29,154 nt of DNA from the IMG/VR virus record IMGVR_UViG_3300009026_000048, positions 1 to 29,154 of that record. One strand, written 5' to 3'. A program made the position numbers and the translations under genes. How positions within the stretch are numbered: position 1 is the first letter of the stretch; the number at the start of each line of letters is the position of its first letter. The stretch comes from a virus (lineage: Duplodnaviria > Caudoviricetes). Shown piece by piece: positions 1 through 9,469 of the stretch. Below the pieces are notes generated by a model. The model saw only the letters and a program-made list of their open reading frames with translations, did not search any database and had not been told where the DNA came from.

Positions 1-8
1 AATTGATG

Positions 9-14
9 TATAAT
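9..14 (+). promoter_or_regulatory. -10 element (TATAAT) 5 nt upstream of the gp47 start
   Basis: TATAAT at 9-14, GTG at 20. The -35 would lie outside the window. Confidence 0.5.
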
Positions 15-19
15 ATAGC

Positions 20-1033
20 GTGGATAATAATTACGCTATATTTTCAGACCTCCATCTGGGTTTGCATCAAAACAGTAGCATTTGGCATAAAATAGCTGAC
101 GATTGGTCTGATTGGTTCATTAGAGAACTTAAACAAAAGAAAATAAAGAAAATACTTTTTTTAGGAGATTATTTTCATTCTAGATCTGAAATATCGGTCA
201 ATACCTTACATATTGCATCTGATATAACTGAAAAATTCAAAGACTTTGAATTGACAATGATTGTAGGCAATCATTGCAGTTTCTTCAAAGATAAAGCAGA
301 CGTTCATTCGTTATCTATATTTAAAGGTTATAAGAATATAGAGATAGTCGATAAGCCTAAAATGTTTGAAATGGGTGATAAAAATGTGTTTATGTGTCCA
401 TGGGGTACAACATATGCTGATATACCAGAATGCGATGTTCTTATGGGGCATTTTGAAATCGAAACATTCAAAATGAATAGCTACAAACTATGTGAACATG
501 GTTTCAATGCTCAGATGTTAGGTAAGAAATCCCCTTTAATTTTTAGCGGTCATTTTCATCTTAGAGATGAAAGAAAATACAATGGTTATAAAATAAATTA
601 TGTTGGAAACCCCTTCGAAATGGACTTTGGTGACACTGAATCTAGTAAAGGTTACTATATTATTAATTTTGATACCTTGGAATATGATTTTTATGAAAAC
701 GTAATTTCACCAAAACATAAAAAAATAAAATTATCAGAATATGATAATTTTAAAGATGTTGTGAAAGATAATATAGTCAAAATTATTGTAGATAGAAACA
801 TTGAAATAGATGATTTGGATAAATGCACATCTAACATACAAAAACTCATCCCTCTATGTCTATCATTTGATAACACTGTATCGTTTAATCCAGTGTCGGA
901 AAAAATTGATGATGAATATGATCTATCTGGCGTTGATATGGAGAAAGCCATCACTGACTTTGTATCCTTATTGGACATAGAGAACAAAGAAGATGTTTCA
1001 AAATATACAATAGATTTATATAAACAAACATGA
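20..1033 (+). CDS. gp47: Recombination endonuclease subunit, Mre11/SbcD-like metallophosphoesterase (T4 gp47-like)
   Basis: Metallophosphoesterase motifs SDLHLG, LGDYFH, GNH, MGHFE, SGHFH. GTG start. Overlaps (ATGA) the gp46-like ATPase downstream, as in T4-like phages. Confidence 0.93.
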   Translation: MDNNYAIFSDLHLGLHQNSSIWHKIADDWSDWFIRELKQKKIKKILFLGDYFHSRSEISVNTLHIASDITEKFKDFELTMIVGNHCSFFKDKADVHSLSIFKGYKNIEIVDKPKMFEMGDKNVFMCPWGTTYADIPECDVLMGHFEIETFKMNSYKLCEHGFNAQMLGKKSPLIFSGHFHLRDERKYNGYKINYVGNPFEMDFGDTESSKGYYIINFDTLEYDFYENVISPKHKKIKLSEYDNFKDVVKDNIVKIIVDRNIEIDDLDKCTSNIQKLIPLCLSFDNTVSFNPVSEKIDDEYDLSGVDMEKAITDFVSLLDIENKEDVSKYTIDLYKQT

Positions 1034-2829
1034 AAAAAGTAATTTTCAAAACACTGAAAGCTAAAAACTTTCTTAGCATAGGTAAAACACCAGTTGTTGT
1101 CAATTTTGTTAAAGGACTTAATATCATTACTGGTATTAATAGAGATTTGATGGATCGGCAAAATGGAACAGGTAAAAGTAGTGTCGTTGATGCTTTTTAT
1201 TTTGCATTGTTTGGTGAAACAACTAGGGAATTGAAGAAAGAATTCATCAGCAACAATGTTACCAACGAAACCGCCGAGGCAAGCCTCGAATTCAGTATAG
1301 ATGATAAGGAATATGAAATCATACGCACAATAAAACCATCCAAATGCACATTGTACGAAAATGGTGTTGATATTAGTAGAGACAGTATGGCTAACACTAC
1401 GGAGTTTGTATTGTCTATTTTGAACCTGACACCTGAAATATTTTCAAATTGCATTTGTCTTTCTATAAACTCAACAATACCGTTTATGGCTCAGAAAAAA
1501 ATCGATAAACGTAAATTTATTGAGGGTATTTTTAATCTGGACGTTTTTTCTAGGATGAACATATCTTTGAAAGACAATTACAATCAAAGTAAAAAGGAAA
1601 TAGAATTTTTGGGAGGTAAACAAACAGAGTTGGGTAATTCTATAAAAATAATTACCACTCAAAATACTAAAATTTCAGAAGAAAGGGAAAAACGTAAAAA
1701 AATAATTAATGATAATATATCCAATTACGATCATCAACTTGAAAAACTGAAAGAGAAGGTATCAAAATATAAAATAGATGATAATTCAGATAGTATTAAA
1801 AAAATAGATAAACTTAAAATTAAAAAAAGCTCAGAAAATGATAAGATTCAAGAATTTATTAAAGAGAGTACTGAGACGGTAACTAAAATAAAAATATCAA
1901 AAGATAATTTGTCTAAAATAGGCACTGATAAAGAAGAATGTCCTATATGTTTAAGGGCTATTACTGAAGATGACATTAAACATGTTGATGAAAGAAAAGT
2001 AAACATATCTGATGAAATTGAGAAATTAAATAACCACAGTATTTCATTATTGGCTTCTTTAAAAGTGCTCAAGCAGAATGTCGAACTGATAGATAAAGGT
2101 ATTAATTCTTTGAATGATAATGTTAACAAAAATAATTTAAATATCCAGCAGAAGAAAAATGATGAGGAAAAGATATCATATATTGAAAAGGAAGTTGGTA
2201 AAGAAGTATCTCTTCTAGAAGACTTAAATAAAGCCTCGGTAGAAGAAGAGAAAGGCGTTGATGATTTAATTGAACGATATAGGAAATTTGATAATGAAAT
2301 TTTAAAAAAGAAAAAGGAGTTTAAGGTTCTTGATAATGTTAAATTCGTTCTTTCAGAAGAAGGTGTTAAAAGTTATGTTATCAAGAAGATACTCACACTC
2401 TTTAATTCTAAGATATCTTTTTATCTTAAAGAATTGAATTCCAATGCGGTTATAACCTTTGATCAATACTTTGATGAGGATATTAAAAATGAAAGAGGTA
2501 AACCGACTATGTACTTTAATTATAGTGGAGCAGAAAGAAAAGCCATTGACCTCGCTGTTATGTTTGCATTCATTGATATGTTAAAAATGCAAACGAACGT
2601 TTACTACAATGTTCAATTTTATGATGAACTTTTAGACACAAGTTTAGATTCCGCTGGAGTTGAAAACGTGGTCAGATTACTTAATGATTTTGTGGAAAAA
2701 TACTCCTATGGTATATATGTAATATCTCATAGGAAAGAATGTTCTAAACTTGCTAGTGGAGAAGTTGTATTTTTGGAAAAAAATAACGGAATAACTAAAA
2801 GAATAGAACACGAAACACTTGATTTTTAA
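1030..2829 (+). CDS. gp46: Recombination ATPase subunit, Rad50/SbcC-like (T4 gp46-like)
   Basis: N-terminal KNFLSIG, Walker A NGTGKS, long coiled coil with central CPIC zinc hook, ABC signature YSGAERK, Walker B FYDELLD, H-loop ISH. Confidence 0.95.
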   Translation: MKKVIFKTLKAKNFLSIGKTPVVVNFVKGLNIITGINRDLMDRQNGTGKSSVVDAFYFALFGETTRELKKEFISNNVTNETAEASLEFSIDDKEYEIIRTIKPSKCTLYENGVDISRDSMANTTEFVLSILNLTPEIFSNCICLSINSTIPFMAQKKIDKRKFIEGIFNLDVFSRMNISLKDNYNQSKKEIEFLGGKQTELGNSIKIITTQNTKISEEREKRKKIINDNISNYDHQLEKLKEKVSKYKIDDNSDSIKKIDKLKIKKSSENDKIQEFIKESTETVTKIKISKDNLSKIGTDKEECPICLRAITEDDIKHVDERKVNISDEIEKLNNHSISLLASLKVLKQNVELIDKGINSLNDNVNKNNLNIQQKKNDEEKISYIEKEVGKEVSLLEDLNKASVEEEKGVDDLIERYRKFDNEILKKKKEFKVLDNVKFVLSEEGVKSYVIKKILTLFNSKISFYLKELNSNAVITFDQYFDEDIKNERGKPTMYFNYSGAERKAIDLAVMFAFIDMLKMQTNVYYNVQFYDELLDTSLDSAGVENVVRLLNDFVEKYSYGIYVISHRKECSKLASGEVVFLEKNNGITKRIEHETLDF

Positions 2830-2853
2830 CAAAGCATATTTAATTATTAATAC

Positions 2854-4077
2854 ATGATTCATTTACCCAACAGTTTGATAACATCCCCATTTCTGAGAAA
2901 TGCTGCTAGTCCTAATCCAGCAATCAGAACTGAAACGAAAAAGGACGATATGACCCCACCAGAGGCAAACATTCCTAGAGTTTTGCAGTATTATGCTGAC
3001 TATAGTGGTTGTGGTTTTTGGAGAATGATTTGGCCAGAGCATTTGTTGAATGCATTTAATCATTTTACGGTGCATGGTTCGACTGTAATGAACCTAGATC
3101 CCAGATACTATGTTAATGTCAAAGCTGTAAGAATTCAGAGACAGGCTACCAGCCATCAACTTCAGTTTGTTAAATTCTTAAAGGATGTATCTAAACAAGT
3201 TGGATTTCGAATTATTTATGAAATTGATGATATTGTGTTTTCGGAAGATATTCCAGAGTACAATAAGTATAAACCAGCTTTCACTGATCCAGAAATTAGA
3301 AAAAATTGTCAAGAAATCATGTCTTTATGTGATGAGGTTACTGTAACTTGTCCTTTCATGAAACAATATTACATGGAAAAAACAGGCCACAAACATGTTA
3401 CAATTATTCCTAATTTTCCACCTAAATTTTGGTTGGGTCACTTCTATGATGAGAGGGCTATCTCTGCAAACTATGATACATATAAGAAGAAACCGAGAAT
3501 CCTCTATGCTGGTTCTGGTGCTCACTTTGATGTTGATAATAGGGTTAACCAAAATGATGACTTTGCTCACGTTATCGAGGCCATAGCCAAAACAGTCGAT
3601 AAGTACCAATGGGTGTTTTTAGGGGCATATCCATTACCTCTTAAAAATTTAATACAATCTGGTAAAATAGAATTTCACCCATGGGCAAATCTATATTTTT
3701 ATGGGGAGAAGATAAAAAATCTTCGCGTCAATATGATGGTAGCCCCATTACAAGATAATAATTTCAATAAATCAAAGTCTGATTTGAAATTAGTAGAAGC
3801 TAATTGCTTCGGCATACCTATCGCGTGTCAGGATCTGTGTACTTATGAAGATGCTAAATTCAAGTTTAAGACTGGTGATGAGATGATAGCTCAAATTGAT
3901 GATGTTCTAAGTAAGAAGGGACGTTACATGAACCTTTCCGCTAAAGCTAGATCAGATGCCAATAAGAGATGGTTGGAAAATGATGAAAACATATCTTGCT
4001 ATCAAGAGTTATTTTCATATGGATATGGTGACCCTAGAAGAAAATATTTAAATAAAATCAACGGTATAGTTGCTTAA
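2854..4077 (+). CDS. Glycosyltransferase, GT-B fold (GT4-like)
   Basis: N-terminal ADYSGCGFWRMIWP, YEIDD, and C-terminal FNKSKSDLKLVEANCFGIPIACQD resembling the GT-B nucleotide-sugar-binding (K..E....G.P) region seen in phage glycosyltransferases. Confidence 0.75.
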   Translation: MIHLPNSLITSPFLRNAASPNPAIRTETKKDDMTPPEANIPRVLQYYADYSGCGFWRMIWPEHLLNAFNHFTVHGSTVMNLDPRYYVNVKAVRIQRQATSHQLQFVKFLKDVSKQVGFRIIYEIDDIVFSEDIPEYNKYKPAFTDPEIRKNCQEIMSLCDEVTVTCPFMKQYYMEKTGHKHVTIIPNFPPKFWLGHFYDERAISANYDTYKKKPRILYAGSGAHFDVDNRVNQNDDFAHVIEAIAKTVDKYQWVFLGAYPLPLKNLIQSGKIEFHPWANLYFYGEKIKNLRVNMMVAPLQDNNFNKSKSDLKLVEANCFGIPIACQDLCTYEDAKFKFKTGDEMIAQIDDVLSKKGRYMNLSAKARSDANKRWLENDENISCYQELFSYGYGDPRRKYLNKINGIVA

Positions 4078-4378
4078 CAATGTAGAGAATGGATGGATAT
4101 GTTAAATATGTCAATAATGGAAAATGCCATTCCATTTGAAATATAATCATAACTATAACTCCAACGAGTAAAGAAAGCCAGAAACTTAAACATATCCAAC
4201 AGGATAATAATGTTGCCAAAAATTGAGACCTAATTGATATAATGTCAATTAGGTTTTCAAGCATATATACGTCATTTCTTTTGAGTATATACTTTCCCAA
4301 TGAACTGGCTAATGGGGAAAAAAACCATAGTATTAATAGACTATTCGTTGCTAACAGTCCTATCAAATACTCAATCAT
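4058..4378 (-). CDS. Small membrane protein (DUF1360-like, CxxCxSxW motif)
   Basis: About three hydrophobic segments and LLSCWICLSFW. Directly follows 4379..4573 on the - strand. Confidence 0.6.
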   Translation of the reverse strand: MIEYLIGLLATNSLLILWFFSPLASSLGKYILKRNDVYMLENLIDIISIRSQFLATLLSCWICLSFWLSLLVGVIVMIIFQMEWHFPLLTYLTYPSILYIVKQLYR

Positions 4379-4573
4379 CTATAATTTAACGGTTGCTGCA
4401 ATCCTGGCAGTGAAAGAATTCTTTAACTGCCTTTCTGCGCAAGAATTGCAGCCACCACCCCTTTTCATCGCATCCAATGCTTCTGCAAATTCTCTTCTTA
4501 GATTTGCACAATCTGGTATCTCTGGTGGACAAACTTCGTTTAAAGTAAAAAATTTTCTTGTAATCTCTTCCAT
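4379..4573 (-). CDS. Small Cys-containing hypothetical protein
   Basis: 64 aa with CPPEIPDC and GGGCNSC. Abuts the downstream membrane ORF. A TAAGTA box lies 12 nt upstream (4586-4591, - strand). Confidence 0.6.
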   Translation of the reverse strand: MEEITRKFFTLNEVCPPEIPDCANLRREFAEALDAMKRGGGCNSCAERQLKNSFTARIAATVKL

Positions 4574-4615
4574 AGTGTCTATAATTACTTATGCTTCCTT
4601 TGAATTTTTTATATA

Positions 4616-7189
4616 ATGTATCGTAATATTTCATACAATTCTAAACAACGTTGTGTAAACCTAGGTACTTGGGGCGGTAACGGTGAGAGAATAACCGTTG
4701 AGGCCACATATAGACCGTACCTGTACATAGAAACTAACGGAACACCTGATGCTACTAGCATTTTTAATACTAAATTAAAAAAGAAAGTATTTCCTACTCA
4801 ATATGATAGGAGTAAATTTGTTAAAGAACTAGATAGCAGTGTCAGGCTTTTTGAGAATTTAAACGTATATCAGCAATTTTTAGTTGATATGTTTCACATG
4901 GAATATGAGAAACCAGAATTTAATAAACACCCACTTAAGGTATTCTATATCGATATTGAGGTGTATTCCAAAGACGAAGGATTTCCTCATGCCGATATAG
5001 CTCCTGCTCCTGTTAATGTTATAACTCTATATGATAGTTTATCTGAAAAATTTTATACATGGGGTCTTAGCGCATACAAAGCCAAGGACGCTGATGTAAA
5101 ATACTTCCATTGTTCATCTGAAAAGCAATTATTGGAAAAATTTTTAGATTTTGTATGTAAGGATCATATGGATGTGCTTTCTGGGTGGAACACGAAATTT
5201 TTCGATATTCCTTATTTGATTAATAGAATTAAGAAAATATGCGGTGATGATGATGCTGCCAGATTATCGCCCACGAAGAATATTTACAGTAGAATGGGTT
5301 TCAATAAATTTGGAAAAGAAGAAACGGTTTGGATTATTGATGGAGTATCTTGTATTGATTATCTCGATGCTTATAGAAAATTCTGCGTATCTCCTAGAGA
5401 AAACTATAAACTAGATACAATAGCATCCGTAGAATTGGGTGAAAACAAGATAGATTTTGGTGGTGGTAATCTATCGGATTTGGCAGATGAAGATTGGGAG
5501 ACTTTTGTTGATTACAATATACAGGACGTTAGGATCTTGGTTAAGTTGGACGATTCGCTAAAGTATATGGACCTATTAAGATCCCTATCGATTATGGGTT
5601 TAACTACAATGGAAAGCGCATTACACAGTATTGGTGTAATCACAGGTGCCGCCGCCATTAGAGCTAGACACCATGATAGAAAAATACATACTCTTATTAG
5701 AGATGTCAATAAAACGAGCAAAAACGAGGGTGCCTTTGTTAAAGAGCCAGAAAGCGGAGTACATAATAATTTAGTATCTTTCGACGCCAATTCTCTTTAC
5801 CCAAATACCATGGTGACGCTTAACATATCACCAGAAACAAAATTGGGAGCAATAGTAGACGAAGATTCGGAGATGGTAACTATAAAAGACATTAATGATG
5901 CTATTCACAAAATAAGTAGATCGTCATTTAATAAATTAGTGGAGAAGGAGTCTGTTGCCATATCAAAGGCCAATATTCTTTTCACACAGAAGAAGAAGGG
6001 TTTATTTCCTGAAATCATTGATGTTTATTATAAACAAAGGGTTGATGCCAGAAAGAGGATGGATAAGGTTAACAAGCTTCTTGTTACTGAAAAAGATCCG
6101 TCTGAAATAAAAAAACTACAGTATGAATCTAGGCTGTTGGACATTAAGCAGCATTCTTTGAAGATTTTTCTTAATTCTATATATGGTGCTTTTGGTAACA
6201 AATACTTCACATTGGGTGACGATGATCTAGCTAGGTCGATTACATTATCTGGGCAGGCTATTATCAATCAAGGTTCTGAGATCTTGACCAAATACGTTGA
6301 AAATTTAACTGGTAAAAAGATTGAACGAGAGGTTATTAGATATATTGATACTGATAGTTTGTTCTTTTCATTCGATGAGATTATATCACACAATGGTATT
6401 AAATTTTCGGAAAATGGTTTGGTAACAGCTGATATGTATAAATTGATCGATGAAGCATCCGATCATTTAAATTCAGAAATACTGAAATGGGGTGCCAATG
6501 AATTTAATAGTAAGGATTGTAGAATTGTATTTAAAAGAGAAAAAATTTGTGATGTTGCTATGCTTTTGAGAAAAAAACATTACATATTACATATTTTAGA
6601 TAACGAGGGGATAGCTTGTAATAAATTCAAATACACTGGTGTTGATGTTGTTAAAAGCACGATGCCTAAAAAGGTTAAGCCATATGTTAAGAAAATTGCT
6701 GAGACATTGTTGACGACAATGAATAATCAGACGACAAATGATGCTGTCACTGAAGCGCATGATCAATTTTTAAAATTACCACTTGAAGAAATAGCCACCA
6801 TTAAGGGTATTAAGAATTATGAAAAATACTCCAAATTGTGTAATGAATTTCAAACAACTAAGGGGATGCCTAACCACGTTAAAGCTGCTTATTATTATAA
6901 TTTATTGATAGAGAGATTGGAATTGGATAATAAGTATGAGAAGATTCAGAGTGGAGATAAAATAAAACTTTTCTATCTGAAGAAACCTAATAGGTTTGGA
7001 ATAGATGCTATAGCTTTTAAATATTATTATCCAGACGAATTTAAGTCTTTATTTGAACCAGATTACGAGAAGATGTTCGATAAGGTTATATTTTCACCAG
7101 TTCAAAAGTTTTTTGAGGCTGTAAATTGGATTCCGCAAAAACCCAACGATATGACAACTTGTGATTTAGTTAATTTTTTTGCAGAATAA
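4616..7189 (+). CDS. gp43: Family B DNA polymerase (T4 gp43-like)
   Basis: ExoI YIDIEV, ExoII GWNTKFFDIPY, ExoIII YNIQDV; polymerase motifs SFDANSLYP, KIFLNSIYG, YIDTDS, KYTGVDVVKS; C-terminal DLVNFF resembling a clamp-binding tail. Confidence 0.97.
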   Translation: MYRNISYNSKQRCVNLGTWGGNGERITVEATYRPYLYIETNGTPDATSIFNTKLKKKVFPTQYDRSKFVKELDSSVRLFENLNVYQQFLVDMFHMEYEKPEFNKHPLKVFYIDIEVYSKDEGFPHADIAPAPVNVITLYDSLSEKFYTWGLSAYKAKDADVKYFHCSSEKQLLEKFLDFVCKDHMDVLSGWNTKFFDIPYLINRIKKICGDDDAARLSPTKNIYSRMGFNKFGKEETVWIIDGVSCIDYLDAYRKFCVSPRENYKLDTIASVELGENKIDFGGGNLSDLADEDWETFVDYNIQDVRILVKLDDSLKYMDLLRSLSIMGLTTMESALHSIGVITGAAAIRARHHDRKIHTLIRDVNKTSKNEGAFVKEPESGVHNNLVSFDANSLYPNTMVTLNISPETKLGAIVDEDSEMVTIKDINDAIHKISRSSFNKLVEKESVAISKANILFTQKKKGLFPEIIDVYYKQRVDARKRMDKVNKLLVTEKDPSEIKKLQYESRLLDIKQHSLKIFLNSIYGAFGNKYFTLGDDDLARSITLSGQAIINQGSEILTKYVENLTGKKIEREVIRYIDTDSLFFSFDEIISHNGIKFSENGLVTADMYKLIDEASDHLNSEILKWGANEFNSKDCRIVFKREKICDVAMLLRKKHYILHILDNEGIACNKFKYTGVDVVKSTMPKKVKPYVKKIAETLLTTMNNQTTNDAVTEAHDQFLKLPLEEIATIKGIKNYEKYSKLCNEFQTTKGMPNHVKAAYYYNLLIERLELDNKYEKIQSGDKIKLFYLKKPNRFGIDAIAFKYYYPDEFKSLFEPDYEKMFDKVIFSPVQKFFEAVNWIPQKPNDMTTCDLVNFFAE

Positions 7190-7192
7190 TTG

Positions 7193-7220
7193 TTGATTTT
7201 TTATTTAAACGTGTTAAATT
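7193..7220 (+). promoter_or_regulatory. Sigma70-like promoter
   Basis: TTGATT (7193-7198), 16 nt spacer, TG-T-TAAATT (7215-7220); ATG at 7229. Confidence 0.5.
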
Positions 7221-7228
7221 ATTTACCT

Positions 7229-7579
7229 ATGGAAGAACAAGCAAATACAAAGGTTTTTATCGATCACGTTGGACATACTATCGTTGGTGATGTTTTATCA
7301 TCAGATGGTAAACTGAGAGTTAAAAATCCAGCAATTCTAATCGCATCACCTAATAATACTGGGCAACTTACAGTTCAATTGGTTCCAGTTTTCTTCAAGG
7401 AATTTGTGAATATTACAGTTCGTGATGAAGGTGTTATTTTTAATTATGACCTTTCTAAGATCGTAATGTCAGAAGTTAATTTGGATGAGAGACTATTAGA
7501 GCAATATGTTAATATGTTTAAACCCACTCAAAGGGTTGAAACTAAAGAGGCACCTACCATCAAGTTGTTTGATGAATAG
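7229..7579 (+). CDS. Hypothetical protein (possible Sm-like beta-barrel)
   Basis: ORF track starts at TTG 7190, but ATG 7229 after the promoter is more likely. FIDHVGHTIVGDV..LRVKNPAIL resembles small conserved T4-like phage proteins. Confidence 0.65.
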   Translation: MEEQANTKVFIDHVGHTIVGDVLSSDGKLRVKNPAILIASPNNTGQLTVQLVPVFFKEFVNITVRDEGVIFNYDLSKIVMSEVNLDERLLEQYVNMFKPTQRVETKEAPTIKLFDE

Positions 7580-7606
7580 GTATCAATAGTTAAAAATAAA
7601 TAAAAA

Positions 7607-7643
7607 AAAAGATCCGTGAGAGTTTGACTTTCACGGATCTTTT
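7607..7643. terminator. Hairpin / possible bidirectional intrinsic terminator
   Basis: AAAAGATCCGTGAGAGT-TTG-ACTTTCACGGATCTTTT forms a 17-bp stem with one G-T pair, with an A-run upstream and a T-run downstream. Confidence 0.65.
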
Positions 7644-7651
7644 GTTATTAT
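7624..7651 (+). promoter_or_regulatory. Sigma70-like promoter of uvsX
   Basis: TTGACT (7624-7629), 16 nt, TG-T-TATTAT (7646-7651); ATG at 7657. Confidence 0.65.
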
Positions 7652-7656
7652 AGGGT

Positions 7657-8757
7657 ATGGGTAAAAATAAAAAAGAAGTTGATGAAACAAGTGAAGAAGT
7701 TGGTAACATTAAAGATGTATTTAAGATTCTAGATGATCTTAATCCAGAAGCAGCGTATTTGAATGAAAACACGCTATCAACAGTTAAAGAGTGGGTGGAT
7801 ACTGGTTCTATGGCTTTAAATGCCATTATTTCTGGTTCTTTGTATGGTGGCATTCCCATGGGGAGAATCACAGGCTTGGCTGGTCCACAAGCTTGCGGAA
7901 AAACACTTATCGCTAACAAGGTGATGGCTAATGCTCAAAAGAAAGGAATGCATGTGGTTTACTTTGATACTGAAAATGCTCTTGATCCAGAGACTGCCAT
8001 TAACCTTGGATGTGATGCTTCTAAGATTAAACATTGTCCTGTTGAAATTATTGAGGATTGTAGAAATCAAATTGTGAAATTCCTAAAGAGTGTAGTGGAG
8101 AATAAATTACAAGGTAAAGTTATGTTGGTAATTGATTCTTTGGGTAATTTAATTTCTTCGAGAGAAGCTAAGATCATTGAAGATGGGAAGGATAGTGCCG
8201 ATATGGGTGCAAGAGCGGTTAGTCTTAAGAGTATGTTGAGGGCTATCACTCATGCGGCGGCCAAGGCTAATACGCCAGTTCTTTTTACAAATCACGTATA
8301 TGATAATCCAGCAGCCTTGTATCCAACATTGGTTAAGAATCAATCGGGTGGATCTGGTCCTCTTTATATGAGTTCCGTGCTTGTGCAAATGTCAACAAAG
8401 CAAGAAAGATCTGGAAAATCTGATAATAAAAATTCAGATGATGAAATTACCCCTCTATCTAAAGACGTTAATGGTTTAACAATGCGAGCATTTACTACGA
8501 AAAATCGTTTTGTTCCTCCATTTTTAACATGTGAAATGTATTTGAACTTTAGATCTGGTCTGAACAAGTATTCTGGTTTGCTTGAGATGGCTGAAGGATA
8601 TGGTGTATTGGAAAAACAAGGACATAGACATGCACTGAACGGTGAAGTTCTTGGTTTTTATAAAGATTGGCGTAACGATGCCGCCGTATGGGATAAGATT
8701 CTCCCATTACTTGAGGAGAAACTTAAGAATGAATTAAAGTTTAAAAAAGAAGACTAA
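7657..8757 (+). CDS. uvsX: RecA-family recombinase (T4 UvsX-like)
   Basis: DTGSMALNAIISG, GGIPMGRIT, Walker A GPQACGKT, YFDTENA, Walker B VIDSLGNL, DMGARA, TNHVY, SGGSG, KNRF. Confidence 0.95.
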   Translation: MGKNKKEVDETSEEVGNIKDVFKILDDLNPEAAYLNENTLSTVKEWVDTGSMALNAIISGSLYGGIPMGRITGLAGPQACGKTLIANKVMANAQKKGMHVVYFDTENALDPETAINLGCDASKIKHCPVEIIEDCRNQIVKFLKSVVENKLQGKVMLVIDSLGNLISSREAKIIEDGKDSADMGARAVSLKSMLRAITHAAAKANTPVLFTNHVYDNPAALYPTLVKNQSGGSGPLYMSSVLVQMSTKQERSGKSDNKNSDDEITPLSKDVNGLTMRAFTTKNRFVPPFLTCEMYLNFRSGLNKYSGLLEMAEGYGVLEKQGHRHALNGEVLGFYKDWRNDAAVWDKILPLLEEKLKNELKFKKED

Positions 8758-8848
8758 TTAAGTCATTTTAAATAACTGAGTCTCAAGAGTTCAAGTCGAT
8801 ATTAACTATATTGATTTGAACTCTTATTTTTTAAACATAAATATAATT

Positions 8849-9469
8849 ATGAATACCATTTATGGTGCAAATAATAAGAAAACATTTATTGAGTTACAAG
8901 CCCTAAACACAGGTAAAAGTAAATTAAATTTTTCAATGTTTCTTATGGGAAATGAATCATTTGAGGTATATAAGGTTCATGTATTGGCTAAGAATTATAA
9001 ATTCCCAAGAAAGAAATATAACACTTTTTTTGGAATTACTGAACCCAAAACTAAAGAATTTTCACCAGATTACATGAGTCCAATTATTACCGATGAATGG
9101 TTTGTAGCGTGTTGCGGTGATATAACAAACAGGAAAGAATTGATGAATGAAGTTGAGGGTGATACTGTTAGTTTAATAGTATCTGATCTGTTAGTTGCCA
9201 TATCTAAAAATTCAAAAAAGAACGATGTTAAACTTATAAGTGAAACCTTATCTTATCTACAAGGTAATTATAGCATGTGGATACATAATGCTGTAACTAG
9301 AAATTCATTTATTGTTAAGTGTAATGCTGATTTATATGTTGATATATACGAAAATACCTTCTCATCTGTTAAGTTTGATAAATCTTCCGAACTCCAAGAT
9401 GGAGAAATTTATCAGTTAACTAGAGAAGGTATTACGAATGTTGGCTCTTTTGAGTGTCCTATATGTTAG
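8849..9469 (+). CDS. Degenerate class II (Ntn) glutamine amidotransferase-like protein
   Basis: Likely start ATG 8849 (TAAATA at 8838-8843). MNTIYG, WFVACCGDITNRKEL and LSYLQGNYSMWI parallel the MCxIxG, VAHNGxIxN..EL and L..L.G.Y/F patterns of Ntn amidotransferases, but the catalytic residues are changed. Confidence 0.5.
   Translation: MNTIYGANNKKTFIELQALNTGKSKLNFSMFLMGNESFEVYKVHVLAKNYKFPRKKYNTFFGITEPKTKEFSPDYMSPIITDEWFVACCGDITNRKELMNEVEGDTVSLIVSDLLVAISKNSKKNDVKLISETLSYLQGNYSMWIHNAVTRNSFIVKCNADLYVDIYENTFSSVKFDKSSELQDGEIYQLTREGITNVGSFECPIC

Noticed and set aside
266-280. GNHC instead of GNHD in gp47 as a sign of inactivation
   Set aside because: The metal-binding Asn and catalytic His and all other motifs are intact; the fourth position can vary.
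2812-2829. gp46 C-terminal TLDF as a T4-type clamp-binding motif
   Set aside because: The codons coincide with CTTGATTT, a probable -35 box for the next gene, which explains the residues without a protein function.
7591-7610. A-run as a slippage or phase-variation tract
   Set aside because: It is intergenic and explained as the flank of the hairpin; A/T runs are common at this base composition.
691-8567. Antisense and alternative-frame ORFs in the track (e.g. 691..1161, 4242..4616, 4386..4634, 5512..5790, 7590..7919)
   Set aside because: They are shadows of well-supported genes, with no motifs or promoters of their own. The same applies to similar ORFs later in the window.
8758-8815. Weak inverted repeat after uvsX as a terminator or small RNA
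   Set aside because: The stem is short and mismatched with no U-tract; not supportable.
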